The notes under the pieces: model-generated | The model's database searches: none | What the model was told of the DNA's origin: nothing | Seen by the model: only the letters and a program-made list of their open reading frames with translations | Shown here: positions 30,423 through 42,716 of the stretch, one piece after another | How the letters are laid out: every line of letters begins with the position of its first letter | Position numbering within the stretch: the stretch's first letter is position 1 | Assembly (NCBI GenBank): GCA_963702095.1 | Contig: OY969706.1 | Span: 2,873,367 to 2,937,366 of the forward strand | Direction of reading: 5' to 3' | From: Candidatus Bathyarchaeota archaeon | Lineage (GTDB): Archaea; Thermoproteota; Bathyarchaeia; Bathyarchaeales; Bathycorpusculaceae | Length of the DNA: 64,000 bases | Program-made: the position numbers and the translations under genes

Positions 30423-33126
30423 ATGCAAACAAAATTTAACTCAAAAACTACCGTAATTGCAATGCTAGCTTTACTGATGATTTCTATGTTACCCTTTGCT
30501 TTCGCTCAGGTTCCTGTTCCGGCTGATTCCCATGTGCCATCATATCCATACCTTAACGTTGCCCCTAACCCCGCAGGCGTTGGCCAAACAGTCACCCTCA
30601 ACATGTTCCTTGCCGTACCACAACTAAGCAGCGAACCCGCAACGAACTTCACCATAATAGAAACAACACCCCACGGAGAGACTAAGACTTTAGGCCCATT
30701 CAAATCTGATGCCACCGGCGGCACCTACACAACAATCGTTCCCGATACAACCGGCAACTACACGTTCCAATTCTTCTACGGCGGACAAACCCTAACCGGC
30801 GTCGCGGAACAAGGTGCAAGCTCCCGATCACAGTATGCAGGCGTCATCGTTGACCCAAGCCACACTGATGTAAAAACACTCGTTGTACAGGAAGAAGCTA
30901 TACCATCCAGTTCATACCCTATAACTCCGCTGCCAAACAACTACTGGGAAACACCAATTACCGCTGAGAACGTTCAAAACTGGTACGCTATTGGCGGACC
31001 TTGGCTCGGATACGGCTCAGTTACTTTCGCTTCAACTGGCGGCTATAACGCTACTGGCAACTACAACCCATACACCCAATCTGTGATGTCTGGCCACGTT
31101 CTCTGGACAAAAGTCTGGGCAAGCGGCGGCGCAACAGGCGGCGACCTCGGCGGAACTGAGAGCAGCAACTACTGGTCAACTTCACAGTACTGGCCAAAGT
31201 ACGCACCAGTTATCATGAACGGCATAATGTACTCCACCCATTACACTGAAACTACAGGATACTCAGCAGGCATTGATGCAGTCAACTTATACACTGGAGA
31301 AACGTTGTGGACCATAAACACTACTAGCATACTGCGCGGCGGCATGAATGTTCAATGGAAAACACTAAACGCCTACGGTGCAATCGGACCATACATTTGG
31401 ACCACTGGCAATCTACCTGCATCTGACACTGGCGGAACAGCATATAATACCATACCTCGTTCAACACAATTCAACATGTACTCAGCCTTAACCGGACAGT
31501 ACGTGGAGAGTGTTGTTAACGGAACTAACCCAACCTTTACCACTGACGAAAACGGCAACATGATCGGCTACTATATCAACAGCACAGTCGGCACAATGAA
31601 CACCTGGGGACCAGTCGAAGTAGACGGCACCCAACACTCCAGAGGCGCAGTAGCCATCACTGCAACTCAACCTGTCTTATGCTGCTTTAACATGTCGCAG
31701 GCAATTAGCATCATTAATCCAACTACACAAGCTCGCAGCAACAGTTGGGGCTGGGCTCCAGCACTAAACACTGCAATCGACTTCGGCCGCGGTGTTATGT
31801 GGGCAGTACCAGTGTTCAACAACATCTCAGACGCAATAATCAGTCCAGCACTTGCAATCAACGGCATAACTGACAACGCAGTAGTCCTGACTGGAGGTTT
31901 CACCGTCGGACAAGGCTCCGGAGGAGAAACAAACGGCTGGCTAGTTGTTGGCGCACAAGATGCAACCACAGGCGCACAATTATGGTGCAAGAACTTCACC
32001 TCCCAAGACACATCAACTTTGCTGCCCTTCACAAGAACACAAATGCAAATCCAAGACGGATACTGGATTAACGCTAACATGTACAACTGGGATATCGTTG
32101 CCATTAACGCACGCTCAGGCACTCAAGCATGGACCGCAAACCTCGCAGGCGACAACGGTGCAGAACCAAACCACTACGACATATTCAACCTCAAAACCTG
32201 GAATGGCCCCGGCATAATCTACTTTGAAGGCTTCGGTGGAGACATCTGGGCTTTCGACTCAAGCAACGGACACCAATTATGGTACACTAATACAACCAAA
32301 CTCTTCGGTGACCCAGGAACAGAAACTCCCTATGGCATATGGCCACTATGGGTGTTTAACTGCGCATGTGCATCCAACGATGTATCATACTGGGCTGTTG
32401 GCCACGAATACAACCCACCGCTATTCCACGGCGCACAACTATTCGGATTAAACAACACTGACGGCTCACTAGTTTGGAGCACACTCGACATGTCCGTGAC
32501 TTCCACATCAATCGCATACGGAGTCATGCTATCACTCAACGCATATGACAACCAACTCTACGCTTTCGGCAGAGGACCAAGCGCTATGACAGTCGATGCT
32601 CCTAGTGTCGGTGTTTCCACAGCTACTCCAATAGTTATCTCAGGTACAATCACTGATGTCTCTGCAGGCGCTTCTCAGAGTGTAGTCGCTAAGAACTTCC
32701 CCAACGGTTTGCCATGTGTCTCAGATGAGAGTCAGAGCCACTTTATGGAAGCCGTGTACCAGCAGCAGCCAATGCCATACGACACTACCGGTGTTCCAGT
32801 TACCATAAACGTCGTTGACAGCAACGGAAACTATCGTGAAATCGGCCAAACCACTTCAGTCGACGGAACATTCGCCTACACTTGGACTCCTGACATTCCA
32901 GGCAGCTATGAAGTCGTTGCTAGCTTTGCAGGTTCCAACTCGTACTATCCATCCTCAGCTATTGGCGCACTTCTATGCCAGTGATGCAGTAACACCGCAA
33001 CCGACAACTGAGGGCGCAACGGGCTTTGCTACTACTAGTGACTTGATGATGTATATTGCAGCAGCAGTCGTTGCTATCATTATTGCAGTTGCAGTCGCTA
33101 CAGTGCTTATCTTAAGAAAACACTAA
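30423..33126 (+). CDS. Large PQQ-like beta-propeller surface protein 1 (frameshift near 32965 separates the TM anchor)
   Basis: SD GGAG 30410, signal peptide, PNPAGVGQ, TPLPNNYW, HVLWTK, PCVSDESQ, WTPDIPG; ORF 32815-33126 supplies HFYASD...TM-RKH. Confidence 0.85.
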
Positions 33127-33142
33127 ACAGTAAACAAACAAT

Positions 33143-33162
33143 CTTTCCCTTTTCCTTTTTTT
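33143..33162 (+). terminator. Pyrimidine/T-rich archaeal terminator
   Basis: CTTTCCCTTTTCCTTTTTTT just after stop 33126; similar tracts follow the other two paralogues (39380-39396, 42641-42653). Confidence 0.6.
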
Positions 33163-33185
33163 GGAAAACAAAACACTGGAAAAAT

Positions 33186-33287
33186 GGGCTGAGTGGGCTC
33201 TGGAATAAAACTAACATAGTCGCGGATAAGAATGGTTACGTGCATTTCCATTCTTTTCTCCCTAAGCTTTCCAGAGCCCCAGCAAAC
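33186..33287 (+). ncRNA. Candidate structured ncRNA, copy 1
   Basis: GCTG-AGT-GGGCTCTGGAA pairs with TTCCAGAGCCC-CAGC; inner AAGAATGG/CCATTCTT; homologous to 39427 and 42717; strand inferred. Confidence 0.65.
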
Positions 33288-33423
33288 TCATTGCAAGAAA
33301 TGTTTAAGCTAAACTTGCTTTTCAGCTAAGAGTATTATACCTTCATATAGAAAAGACTTAAAAACGATCACTCTCAAAATATGTAAACTTCACATTCGGG
33401 ATACTGCTCAAGGAGAGAGACTA

Positions 33424-33882
33424 ATGAACGAAAAAAAACTATCTTTAATGCTGCTGCTTATTTTAATAACGGTTGCTCTAACCCTATCCTTAACCGCTTA
33501 CGCAGCCACACAAACTACGCTTTCTGCGAGCGTTCCCTCTTCAGGAGCGATTAAAAAAAGCGTAAATCTTGAACTCTACACCGATAGCGCTTGCAAAAAC
33601 GTCCTCAACAACATCGCCTGGGGCGACTTTACCCCCGGTTCAAATGCAACTCAAACAATCTACATAAAAAATACTGGTAGTCATGCTTTTTTAACGTTAA
33701 CTATGTCTACTTATGATTGGACTCCACGGAGTACTAATGCGGTAATTACTGTATCGTGGAACCAAGAAGGCACAAGACTATCTCCCGGACAAGTAGTTGC
33801 GGCTGTAATTACCACATCGGTTTCCTCAAACATCATGGATACTTCAGACTTCAGTTTTATACTATGCATAAACGGTGCCTAA
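33424..33882 (+). CDS. Small secreted protein
   Basis: N-terminal hydrophobic helix; YTDSAC...I.WG...PG...YIKNTG. Confidence 0.75.
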   Translation: MNEKKLSLMLLLILITVALTLSLTAYAATQTTLSASVPSSGAIKKSVNLELYTDSACKNVLNNIAWGDFTPGSNATQTIYIKNTGSHAFLTLTMSTYDWTPRSTNAVITVSWNQEGTRLSPGQVVAAVITTSVSSNIMDTSDFSFILCINGA

Positions 33883-34228
33883 ACAGCCTTCATAGTCAGG
33901 ATGTTTAATTAGTTTCACAGGTGACAAATCCCTGTTAACACTCGGGGTTATCCCGACCTGACTGAAGTCCACTGCACAATATCAACAAACAATCGACTAG
34001 TCTTTTATGGCTTCTATGAAGTTAAAGTGGCAAAATCTCCCGCTTCCCCTTTTTTCGTATTAGTTATCAGTAACCTATCATTCGGGGGAACATGCCCTAT
34101 TTTGTGATGTCACCCGCATACCTTCTCTTTATTAATGCTTAACAAGATAGTTTAGAAATTTTTCAAGAGCCTCAGCAAACCCTTTGGCTAAAATGCTATA
34201 TACTAGCTGGGTTTAAAAGGGCAAGATA

Positions 34229-35458
34229 ATGAATTCAGAGAATCGTTTAGAACACAAGGCTTACAAGGTGCAACTGCTACTTCCCACATTAATCCTCAGT
34301 TCGTTTCTGGAATTCACTGGTACTGTTCTTCTTAGTACGCTCTTAGTAGACATAGCATCGTCATTGAAGGTTCCAATCGGAACAGCAAGCCAACTTGCCC
34401 TTGTTTGCAGTTTCTTGTTTCTCATAATGGGCTTAGTCATGAGCGCCTTAAGCATCAGGTTCAGACATAAATCGCTATTCCTTTTGGGAGTGGCAATCAT
34501 AAGCATTGGGTCATTAGTCTTTTTCTTGGCCCCAAACCTCGCCACGGCGCTGCTGTCACAACTACTCATGGGAACAGGTAGCGTAATTCACGCCATCATG
34601 ACTTTTTCCTTAGTCGGGGACCTCCTGCCCTTGGAAAAGAGGGGATGGGCAATCGGGTTGATAATTTCCACTCAGTTTTTAGCATTTGCCTTTTTTGCAC
34701 CATTATCTGGCTTTATTGGGGGTATCGCAGGGTGGCGCTCCGTGCTACTCTTTTTCATTTTTCCCCTTTCCATTACCTGCTTCGTTTTAGGCTTAATTGT
34801 TATTCCCTCAAAGTCGCACCAAGACCCGAGTCCCCCAATCTCTGAATATTCAAAAGCTTTTAAGAAAATCTTCTCTAACAAATCCGCAGTAGGTTGCCTT
34901 GCAGGGACGACCCTTTTATTGATTTTAGATGCAATTACTTTTTACGCAGTGTCATTTTACAGAATAACCTTTTCGCTTCCTCCCATAATGGGTGGCATGT
35001 TCTCATCTGCTGCAGCAGTCGGAGGGATATTCGGAGCGATAGGCGGTGGTAAATTAATTAATAGCTGGGGCAGAAAACCTCTTGCTATCACAGCAGCATT
35101 CATTGCAGGAGTCTTGACTATAGCGTTCACCTTTATACCGGATATTAGAGTTTCCGTAGCCTTTTGGGAGCTATCAGCGTTTTCAGTAGCAGTAGCAGGT
35201 ACGTCACTTACAAGCTTAACTCTTGAGCAAGTTCCAGAGTTCAGGGCATCGATGATGTCTATTTCCAGGGCGTTCGCGGGCTTAGGTGCTGTTTTGAGTT
35301 TTACTATCGGCGGGTTGGTGCTAAACCTTTCCGCTAACAACTTTCAACTCTTGATGACTATTATCGGCGCCTCGGGCGTAACTTTAGCAATAGTTCTCCT
35401 TTTATTTTCGAGGGACACGCCGAAAAAGCTGCAGCATACTAAAAATTCGGTTCATTAG
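34229..35458 (+). CDS. MFS transporter
   Basis: About 12 TMs, RGWAIG, GWRSV, GRKP. Confidence 0.92.
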   Translation: MNSENRLEHKAYKVQLLLPTLILSSFLEFTGTVLLSTLLVDIASSLKVPIGTASQLALVCSFLFLIMGLVMSALSIRFRHKSLFLLGVAIISIGSLVFFLAPNLATALLSQLLMGTGSVIHAIMTFSLVGDLLPLEKRGWAIGLIISTQFLAFAFFAPLSGFIGGIAGWRSVLLFFIFPLSITCFVLGLIVIPSKSHQDPSPPISEYSKAFKKIFSNKSAVGCLAGTTLLLILDAITFYAVSFYRITFSLPPIMGGMFSSAAAVGGIFGAIGGGKLINSWGRKPLAITAAFIAGVLTIAFTFIPDIRVSVAFWELSAFSVAVAGTSLTSLTLEQVPEFRASMMSISRAFAGLGAVLSFTIGGLVLNLSANNFQLLMTIIGASGVTLAIVLLLFSRDTPKKLQHTKNSVH

Positions 35459-35533
35459 TCACTTACTTTCAGGGATAAAAATGCAAACCTTCGTCCGATA
35501 CGATCAATTATTTTGAAAAACTTTTTCCTTGTT

Positions 35534-36514
35534 CTATATCGTTGAACTCCAATACTGCCTAAAAGGGAAAATGCATTCTGAAATGCCAGTTAACCGCATA
35601 TCTAATTTCCCAAAGTCAGGTAGATCTACTATATTCTTTTGAATTGCAAGGAAATGTTCAATGTCTCTCACGAAGGCAAAAAGGTGTAGATCATAGTCTC
35701 CAGAGGTTGCAGTCATGAAATAAATGTCCGGAACTTGTGCGAGAATATTCATTGCTTCAATTGAATCCCTTGTCGATTTTAGTCTGATTCGAGTTTCCAT
35801 CTGGCAGGTGTAACCTAGTTTTTTTGGATTTATTTGAATTAACGTATTAATAGTGCCGCTTTTTTTAAGCTCTCTGTACCTTCTTATAACGGTGTCTGTA
35901 GCAACTCCAATTTCTTTGGCAATAGTACTGAAAGGCACACGACTGTTCTGACTTAGTTTATCAATTATCTGAGTATCTATTTCATCAAGTTCACTCCGGC
36001 ATGTGCCGCTCGTTGAGAGTGATTGCTTCTTGCAAACATTATCTTTCAAACCTGCGAAAATTCCAAACGATAAGTTCCACGGGATACTTTTTACGGCACC
36101 AGTCCAAATGTATGACCTTAGTCTTCCGGCAGTAAGTTTCGCCAACAGCATTTTTAATTCTTCTATTTCCGACAGGTTCCTCATTGCAACAAAAACTTCA
36201 ATATCGCCCTTATCGGGATGATTAAATATGGCCTGAAACCTATGCGCTTGGTTCTTTAACCGTTCGTGCATTAAGTCGCTATCTATATAATAGTCCGCTA
36301 GTAAAAACTCAGTAAAGGCTTGAAACCCTTGATGGCGACGTTCAACTTGGGTTGTTGCACCGACAATAATTCCCTCTCTTTTCATTTCTCCATAACGCTT
36401 TTGAACTGCGTTCCTTGAGATTCCAATCTCGCATGCAATATCAGAGAAATCTTTTCGACCATCTCTTAACAAGTCGTGAAGTATCTTTGCATCAATTTCA
36501 TCAATCGTTCGCAT
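35534..36514 (-). CDS. Tandem (double) Lrp/AsnC regulator
   Basis: Two repeats: IDEIDAKIL..L..DGR and LDEIDTQII..LSQNSR, each with HTH. Confidence 0.9.
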   Translation of the reverse strand: MRTIDEIDAKILHDLLRDGRKDFSDIACEIGISRNAVQKRYGEMKREGIIVGATTQVERRHQGFQAFTEFLLADYYIDSDLMHERLKNQAHRFQAIFNHPDKGDIEVFVAMRNLSEIEELKMLLAKLTAGRLRSYIWTGAVKSIPWNLSFGIFAGLKDNVCKKQSLSTSGTCRSELDEIDTQIIDKLSQNSRVPFSTIAKEIGVATDTVIRRYRELKKSGTINTLIQINPKKLGYTCQMETRIRLKSTRDSIEAMNILAQVPDIYFMTATSGDYDLHLFAFVRDIEHFLAIQKNIVDLPDFGKLDMRLTGISECIFPFRQYWSSTI

Positions 36515-36851
36515 AAAGGCGCACGTATTCCCTGCGTTTGCTTATTATATGTTTTCCTAAAGGTAATGCAGCCTCTATTTAAGACCTACGTCACAATTAA
36601 TTCCCAGTTATCACGGAAACATCCTGTTAAAAAGTTCGGGCCATTCTCGAAAGTCAGAAAGAACATAGGGTGTCAAAAAACTCGTCCTTTTGATACGTAG
36701 TACAAAAAACCTTTTTTTCGTTAATTGTAATTTTTTTTTAGTTAATAGGGCTCATTTTTCGATTAAATTCAGTGAATTCCAAAAATTTTATATACACGGT
36801 AAAAAGCTACAGTATTCTTCACGCAAAAAACACAAAAAGGAAAAAACAAAA

Positions 36852-39366
36852 ATGTTATCAACTCTACCTATAAGATCCGACAAAAAAAGCAGAACTGACA
36901 ATTTACACAAGCTCTCAGTGACCACGTTAATTCTATTATTAAGCGTCTCTATGCCTAGCGATGATGCCGATCAGTAATGCTACAGATTATACATCATCTT
37001 ACCCATCGTACACGTACATAGATGTCGAGCCAAAACTAGTAGGTGTCGGCCAGACTCTTACCGTCGCTTACTGGCTTGCAGATGCACCGCCATCGCCTTT
37101 TAGATACGAAGGAATTACAATAGTTGTAACTAAACCTGACAATTCAACCGAAAAAATATCAACTACACAAACAGACACCGTTGGCGCAGGCTACATACAA
37201 TATACACCTAAAACAACCGGCACCTACACATTCAAAGCAATCTTCCCCGGACAAGAAATGAACATAACCACAACCACATACAGCCTCCCACCCGGTTTTT
37301 ACTACTTTGAACCATCCGAAAGCAGCACAAGATCAGCGACAGTACAAGAAGACCAAGTTCAATCAAGCCCAGAAACACCCCTTCCATCAAACTACTGGAC
37401 AAACCCAATTAGTGCCGAAAACAGGGCCTGGTCACAAATATCCGGCGACTGGCTCCAAGCGCCATTCATGCCTGGCTCATCAAATTTCAACCTTTACACT
37501 GCAGCTCCGGACTCAGCACACATAATGTGGACGAAATCAGTAACTCAAGGCGGAATAGCAGACGGATCATTAGGCTGGGGCGAAGCTTACTACACCGGAA
37601 TTCCCTATGAAAACCCCTTAAGCCCCCCAGTGATCATAAGCGGACGACTATACTACAATGAATTTTCATCGAACTCGCTAACCGGCGTTATATGCGTAGA
37701 CCTAAGAACAGGAGAAGAAATATGGCGAAACGATTCTATGCCTCGAATATCGCGCGGCCAAGTGTTCAATTTCGACGGAGATAGCCACCACGGCGCTTCG
37801 GCATACTTATGGAGCGTAGGTACAACCAGTTGGCAATTGTCTGATGCCTTCTCAGGGAGACAACTAGCCACTTTAGTAAACACCACTTCACAGACGGCAT
37901 CATACGGTGCCATATCTGCTGGATCAGGAACCTTTGCATATGGTCCAAATGGAGAACTACTGATGTACATTCTTGATGGTCAAAACGACAGACTAACCAT
38001 GTGGAATTCGACGTTAGTTTTCTACACTGATGCCTCAAACTGGCGTATCTATGGAACATATGACTGGACCAAAGGAATACAATGGAGCGTAACCATACCT
38101 CATGTGACTGGACAAACGTTAAGCCACCTTGACTATAATACCGGAGTGATACTTGCCGAATCATCAGTTGCTTCCCCAACTTTCACACACATAGGATACA
38201 GTACGGAAACAGGTGAACGCATATGGATTCAAAACAGGACAGGATATGATTACGGCTTTGGCGGACCAGACATACCTGGACTCCTAACAAATTTTGCTCC
38301 ATGCCACACACTAGCTGACGGAGTATACGTCGTCTTCCACAAGCAAACTGCAACGTTCGTAGCCTTCGACGCCAAAACTGGAAACTACCTCTGGACCACA
38401 GATTCTCTGATGGAATATACCGACAGTGACTACACATCGTACGATTGGTCTCCAAAAATTGCATACGGAACCCTTTACGTTACAGGATTCAGTGGCAGTG
38501 TATATGCATTTAACCTTACAACTGGAGCGAATATATGGAGCTTTAATCAACCAAGCAGCGGATTCGATACACCTTACGGAAGCTGGAACTGCATTGACGG
38601 AGTCATGATAGCCGACAATAAAGTATATGTACCCTGCATGGAACACACACCCGCGCCGCCCTATTACAAAGGTTACAAAATATGGTGTTTAGACGCTGGA
38701 ACTGGTGATTATCTATGGTCTCAAAATGGATTATTCACCTCGATAGGAGTATCAAATGGCTACTTGATCGGAGTAAACGGCTATGATAACCAAATCTACT
38801 GCTTCGGAAAAGGACCTTCTGCTATCACAGTTAATGCTCCTAGCGTGGGAGTGGCAACTTCTACACCAATAACTATCTCAGGCACTATTACGGATATTTC
38901 TGGTGGGACTTCTCAAGACAGAATAGCCAAAAACTTCCCAAATGGACTACCATGCGTATCTGACGACAGCCAAAGCGAATGGATGGCATCCATCTACCAA
39001 CAACAATCAATGCCAACAAACGTAACCGGTGTTCCAGTTGAACTCAGTGTTATAGACTCCAACGGCAACTATAGACAAATCGGTGCTACGACAAGCGACG
39101 CCAGCGGCACGTTTGCATTCAATTGGACCCCTGATATATCTGGCAATTACACTTTGATCGCCAACTTTGCAGGCTCAAACTCGTATTATTCGTCCACCGC
39201 TGTAGCACACTTCTATGCTGGCGAAGCAGCAACTCCAGCACCAACAGCACTGCCTTTACAACCAGTTGACAATACCATGCCTATCTTAGGTTCCACAGTA
39301 GCAATAATCATCGCAATCGCCATCGTCGGCATAGTCCTTGCAACAATCGTCAAAAAACGACCATAA
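36852..39366 (+). CDS. Large PQQ-like beta-propeller surface protein 2 (frameshift near 36955 within the signal peptide)
   Basis: ATG 36852 starts a signal peptide continuing into ORF 36961-39366; VGVGQ, TPLPSNYW, HIMWTK, PCVSDDSQ, WTPDISG, TM-KKRP. Confidence 0.85.
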
Positions 39367-39426
39367 GCACAAAAAACAATTTTCCCTTTCTTTTTTGGGA
39401 TCAATAAATGCATTGGAAAAAACTGT

Positions 39427-39533
39427 GGGCTGAGTGGGCCCTGGATAGAAGAATAGCCAGTCGCGGTTGAAGGATGGTTTAGTTGCATTTTCCATTCTTT
39501 TCTCCTTAAAGTTGTTCCAGAGCCCCAGCAAAC
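39427..39533 (+). ncRNA. Candidate structured ncRNA, copy 2
   Basis: GGGCTGAGTGGGCCCTGGA...GTCGCGG..AAGGATGG..TTGCATTTTCCATTCTTTTCTCC...TCCAGAGCCCCAGCAAAC. Confidence 0.65.
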
Positions 39534-39912
39534 CCTCATTGTTTAAATTCAGATGGTGCATGTTACTCGAGCTTTAGGCTTTTTCTTTGGGTTTTTTGGG
39601 TTTGGTTCGGATTTTTTTGTGGATCTTGGATAAAGCGGTTGAATGTTGCTGAGAGATGGGCAAGCGCGCTCGGAACCGCACGCTCATGTCTTGTATAGGC
39701 ATTCAAACCTATGCAATTCATGAAATCAAGGATTTGTTCGTATTCTTAGATATTGTAGGCCTTTTCCTTCAATTTTAATAGAAATTCCTTTTGGTCGCGC
39801 AGTAGATGCAACTTTTTGTGCACTCACGACAGGTGAGTAAGTTTTATTAGTGTTAGCTCCGAGATAGAGAAATCTGCCTTAAAAAGGCATATACTCAAAG
39901 GGAAAATGAAAA

Positions 39913-42617
39913 ATGAAAAATGAAGAAAACAAATTACGAACATTATTTGCTATATTCTTGATGCTTTCAATTTCAGCTTCAATGATACTATCGACACCTG
40001 TAAATGCAGTAACATTACCTATGGGTGGTTCATTGCCGGAAGGAACTGTAATTCCAAGCTATCTCTACCTTAGCATTGCTCCGAATCCTGCCGGTGTTGG
40101 TCAAACAGTCTTCGTCAACTGCTTCTTGGGAGCGACGTTAATAGACGGTGAGGCACCTGTAAACATGAGTGTCCAAATCACGTTTCCAAATGGCAACACT
40201 CAGACACAACCCATAAAAGCGGACCAAACTGGCGGAGGATACTTCAACTTTGTTCCAGCCTCAGTTGGCACATATAAATTCCAAGGCTTCTACGAAGGAC
40301 AACCATATGCAACGCCAGCCTATGTAGGTCTTATAGAGGGTCCTAGCCAAACAGATGTTGTTTCGCTTACAGTACAGGAAGAGCAAGTAACTCAACGTGC
40401 CTACCCACTCACACCGCTGCCTACAAACTATTGGGAGACTCCGGTATCAGCTCAGAATACGCAGTATTGGTACTCAATCATGGGGCCAACCATATTTCCA
40501 GCCAAATACAACACTACTACATCTTGCAATCCCTACACTCAATCGGTACTTTCAGGCCACGTTCTTTGGACGAAACCCTGGGGTACGGGTGGTGTAGTTG
40601 GTGGCGACGCAGGCCATCAGAAACTACTGGACAGTACTGGACAGCAAGGCAATACAAAAACCAATTTAGTCCAATCATTATTAGCGGCAAATTGTATGCT
40701 CAATATTACCCAGAAACCACCTCATACTCAAATGGCATTGTCTGCGTAGACTTATACACTGGGCAAACTTTGTTTACGATAAATACCACTTCCACATTGA
40801 TGTGCGGCATGGTAACCCAATATCAGACGCTTAACGATTACGGCGCTATCGGTCCGTACATTATTACTTCTGGATCTCTGAGTCCGGACGAAACTGGCGG
40901 AAAACTTGTCTATAGCAAAGGATCACAATTCAACATATATTCTGCTACAACTGGAAAGTACGTCATGAGCATCGTTAACGGTACAAACCTGAGTGGATTG
41001 CACGCGGATACCTCTGGGCACCTCATTGGTTACTACATAAACAGCACCGTTGGCACTATGTCTCTCTGGAACCCATCATCGTGGAATTCAATGCCTCCTC
41101 CTCCTATGGGTCCTGCGCAGGGTCCGCAGTATCCAACCCTTAAATCCACTGTAAACATCACTGCTGGTAATCCTTTACTGTGCATGTTCAACCTTACACA
41201 AGCCCTATGGGACGTTCCCGGCAATAACTGGGAGTGGGGACCAGCTGAGAATACTGTCATTGACTTTGGCTTAGGAGTCATGTGGACAGCCCCAGTACCT
41301 ACAACCGTTAACGGCGTACCCATAACTCCATCTCTTAGCCTTAGTACTTATACAGGCAACGAGATAATGCTCACTTCAATGCTGTGGCCAATCTTCTTCG
41401 TCCAAAGCGGATGGGAGGTACTGGCTGCAATGGATGCAAATACTGGTGCAGTCAAATGGGTGAAGAACTTTTCATATCCCGAAATCCAAGCGCTACAGCC
41501 TTTTACACGCTTTACTCAAGGCGGAATGTACTGTGATGGAAACTATATGTGGTATAACCTCCACAACAACGTAATCACTGCAATCGATTGCGCCACTGGC
41601 AACCTAGCATGGACAAGCAGCGTCAAAACACCTTACGGTGATGGACAGCCAAACTACTACAATGAATTAGCAGCCAGCATTCCCACGAACCTAAACGGTA
41701 ATGGCAGGTTTGTCATTATGGGTTTTGGCGGTGACATCTGGAGCGTGAACGCAACGAATGGAAGCACAATCTGGTATACGAATACTACAACACTGCTGGG
41801 TGATCCTGGCCTTGAAACGCCTTACGGCATCTGGCCCTTATGGACTTTTGGCGGTTCTCAATGCATGAGCAACGACGTACTCTATGTTGCTGTTGGACAC
41901 GCTTATAACCCACCGATGTTCCACGGCGCACAGTTATTAGCCATAAACATGACCAACGGACAACTAGTTTGGAGTGAACTGGACTTTCCAGTTATAAATC
42001 AACAAATCGCATACGGCATTCTAACATCGCTGAATTGTTATGACAACCAAGTGTACGCTTTTGGCAGGGGACCAACTGCAACGACCATTAATTCCCCCAA
42101 CATTGGAGTGACGATCGATACGCCGATAACGATTACAGGTACTGTGATGGATGTTTCAGCTGGCATTGCGCAGTCTGAGGTTGCGAAGAACTTCCCGAAT
42201 GGTCTTCCATGCGTTTCTGACGAGAGCCAAAGCAAGTGGATGGAACACGTCTACCAGGACCAACCTTGCCCAGCCAACGTCACAGGAGTTGAGGTCACGC
42301 TGAGCGTTCTCGATTCTAACGGCAACTACAGAGGCATCGGCACAACTACAACTTCTGCAACGGGCGTCTACACGTTCTCTTGGACACCTGATATTCCGGG
42401 AACATACTCTCTCTATGCAAGCTTCGACGGCTCTAACTCTTACTATGGTTCATCAGCCGAAACCGCTTTCACCGCTACAGAAGTTATAGTGGCGCCTTCT
42501 CCCGCATATCCGCAGCCTGTTGACACTATAAACTTGCAATATGGCATACTTGGCGGCGTTGTCGCTTCAATCGTCATTGGGTTAGCTGCGCTTTTCCTTA
42601 GCCTCAAAAAGAAGTAA
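39913..42617 (+). CDS. Large PQQ-like beta-propeller surface protein 3 (frameshift near 40615)
   Basis: ORFs 39913-40749 and 40431-42617 join at GGDAG/PSETTG; same conserved blocks as paralogues 1 and 2; TM-KKK end. Confidence 0.85.
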
Positions 42618-42716
42618 GCACAAAGGAAACTAAATCCAACTTTCCCCTTTTTTAGTTAAAAAAATAAAACAAGTCCATAAAATAGAAGTGACAAAAATCC
42701 AGATAGAAAAACAGAA

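Noticed and set aside
33186-33287. Repeated element as tRNA, C/D or H/ACA guide, or CRISPR repeat
   Set aside because: No cloverleaf, no box C, no clear K-turn or ACA tail, and no spacer array.
39286-39510. Minus-strand SD+ATG (AAGGAG...ATGGAA) within the repeated element as a conserved small peptide or type I toxin
   Set aside because: Indels among the three copies change the frame and peptide (MEMHVTIL vs MENATKPS; copy 3 shifts later), so conservation is at nucleotide/structure level.
1169-40620. Frameshifts in the antiporter, the 9287-12113 gene, cofD, the propeller-GT gene and the three PQQ paralogues as programmed recoding or phase variation
   Set aside because: Scattered single-base indels without shared slippery sites or long repeats; sequencing error is the simpler explanation until reads are checked.
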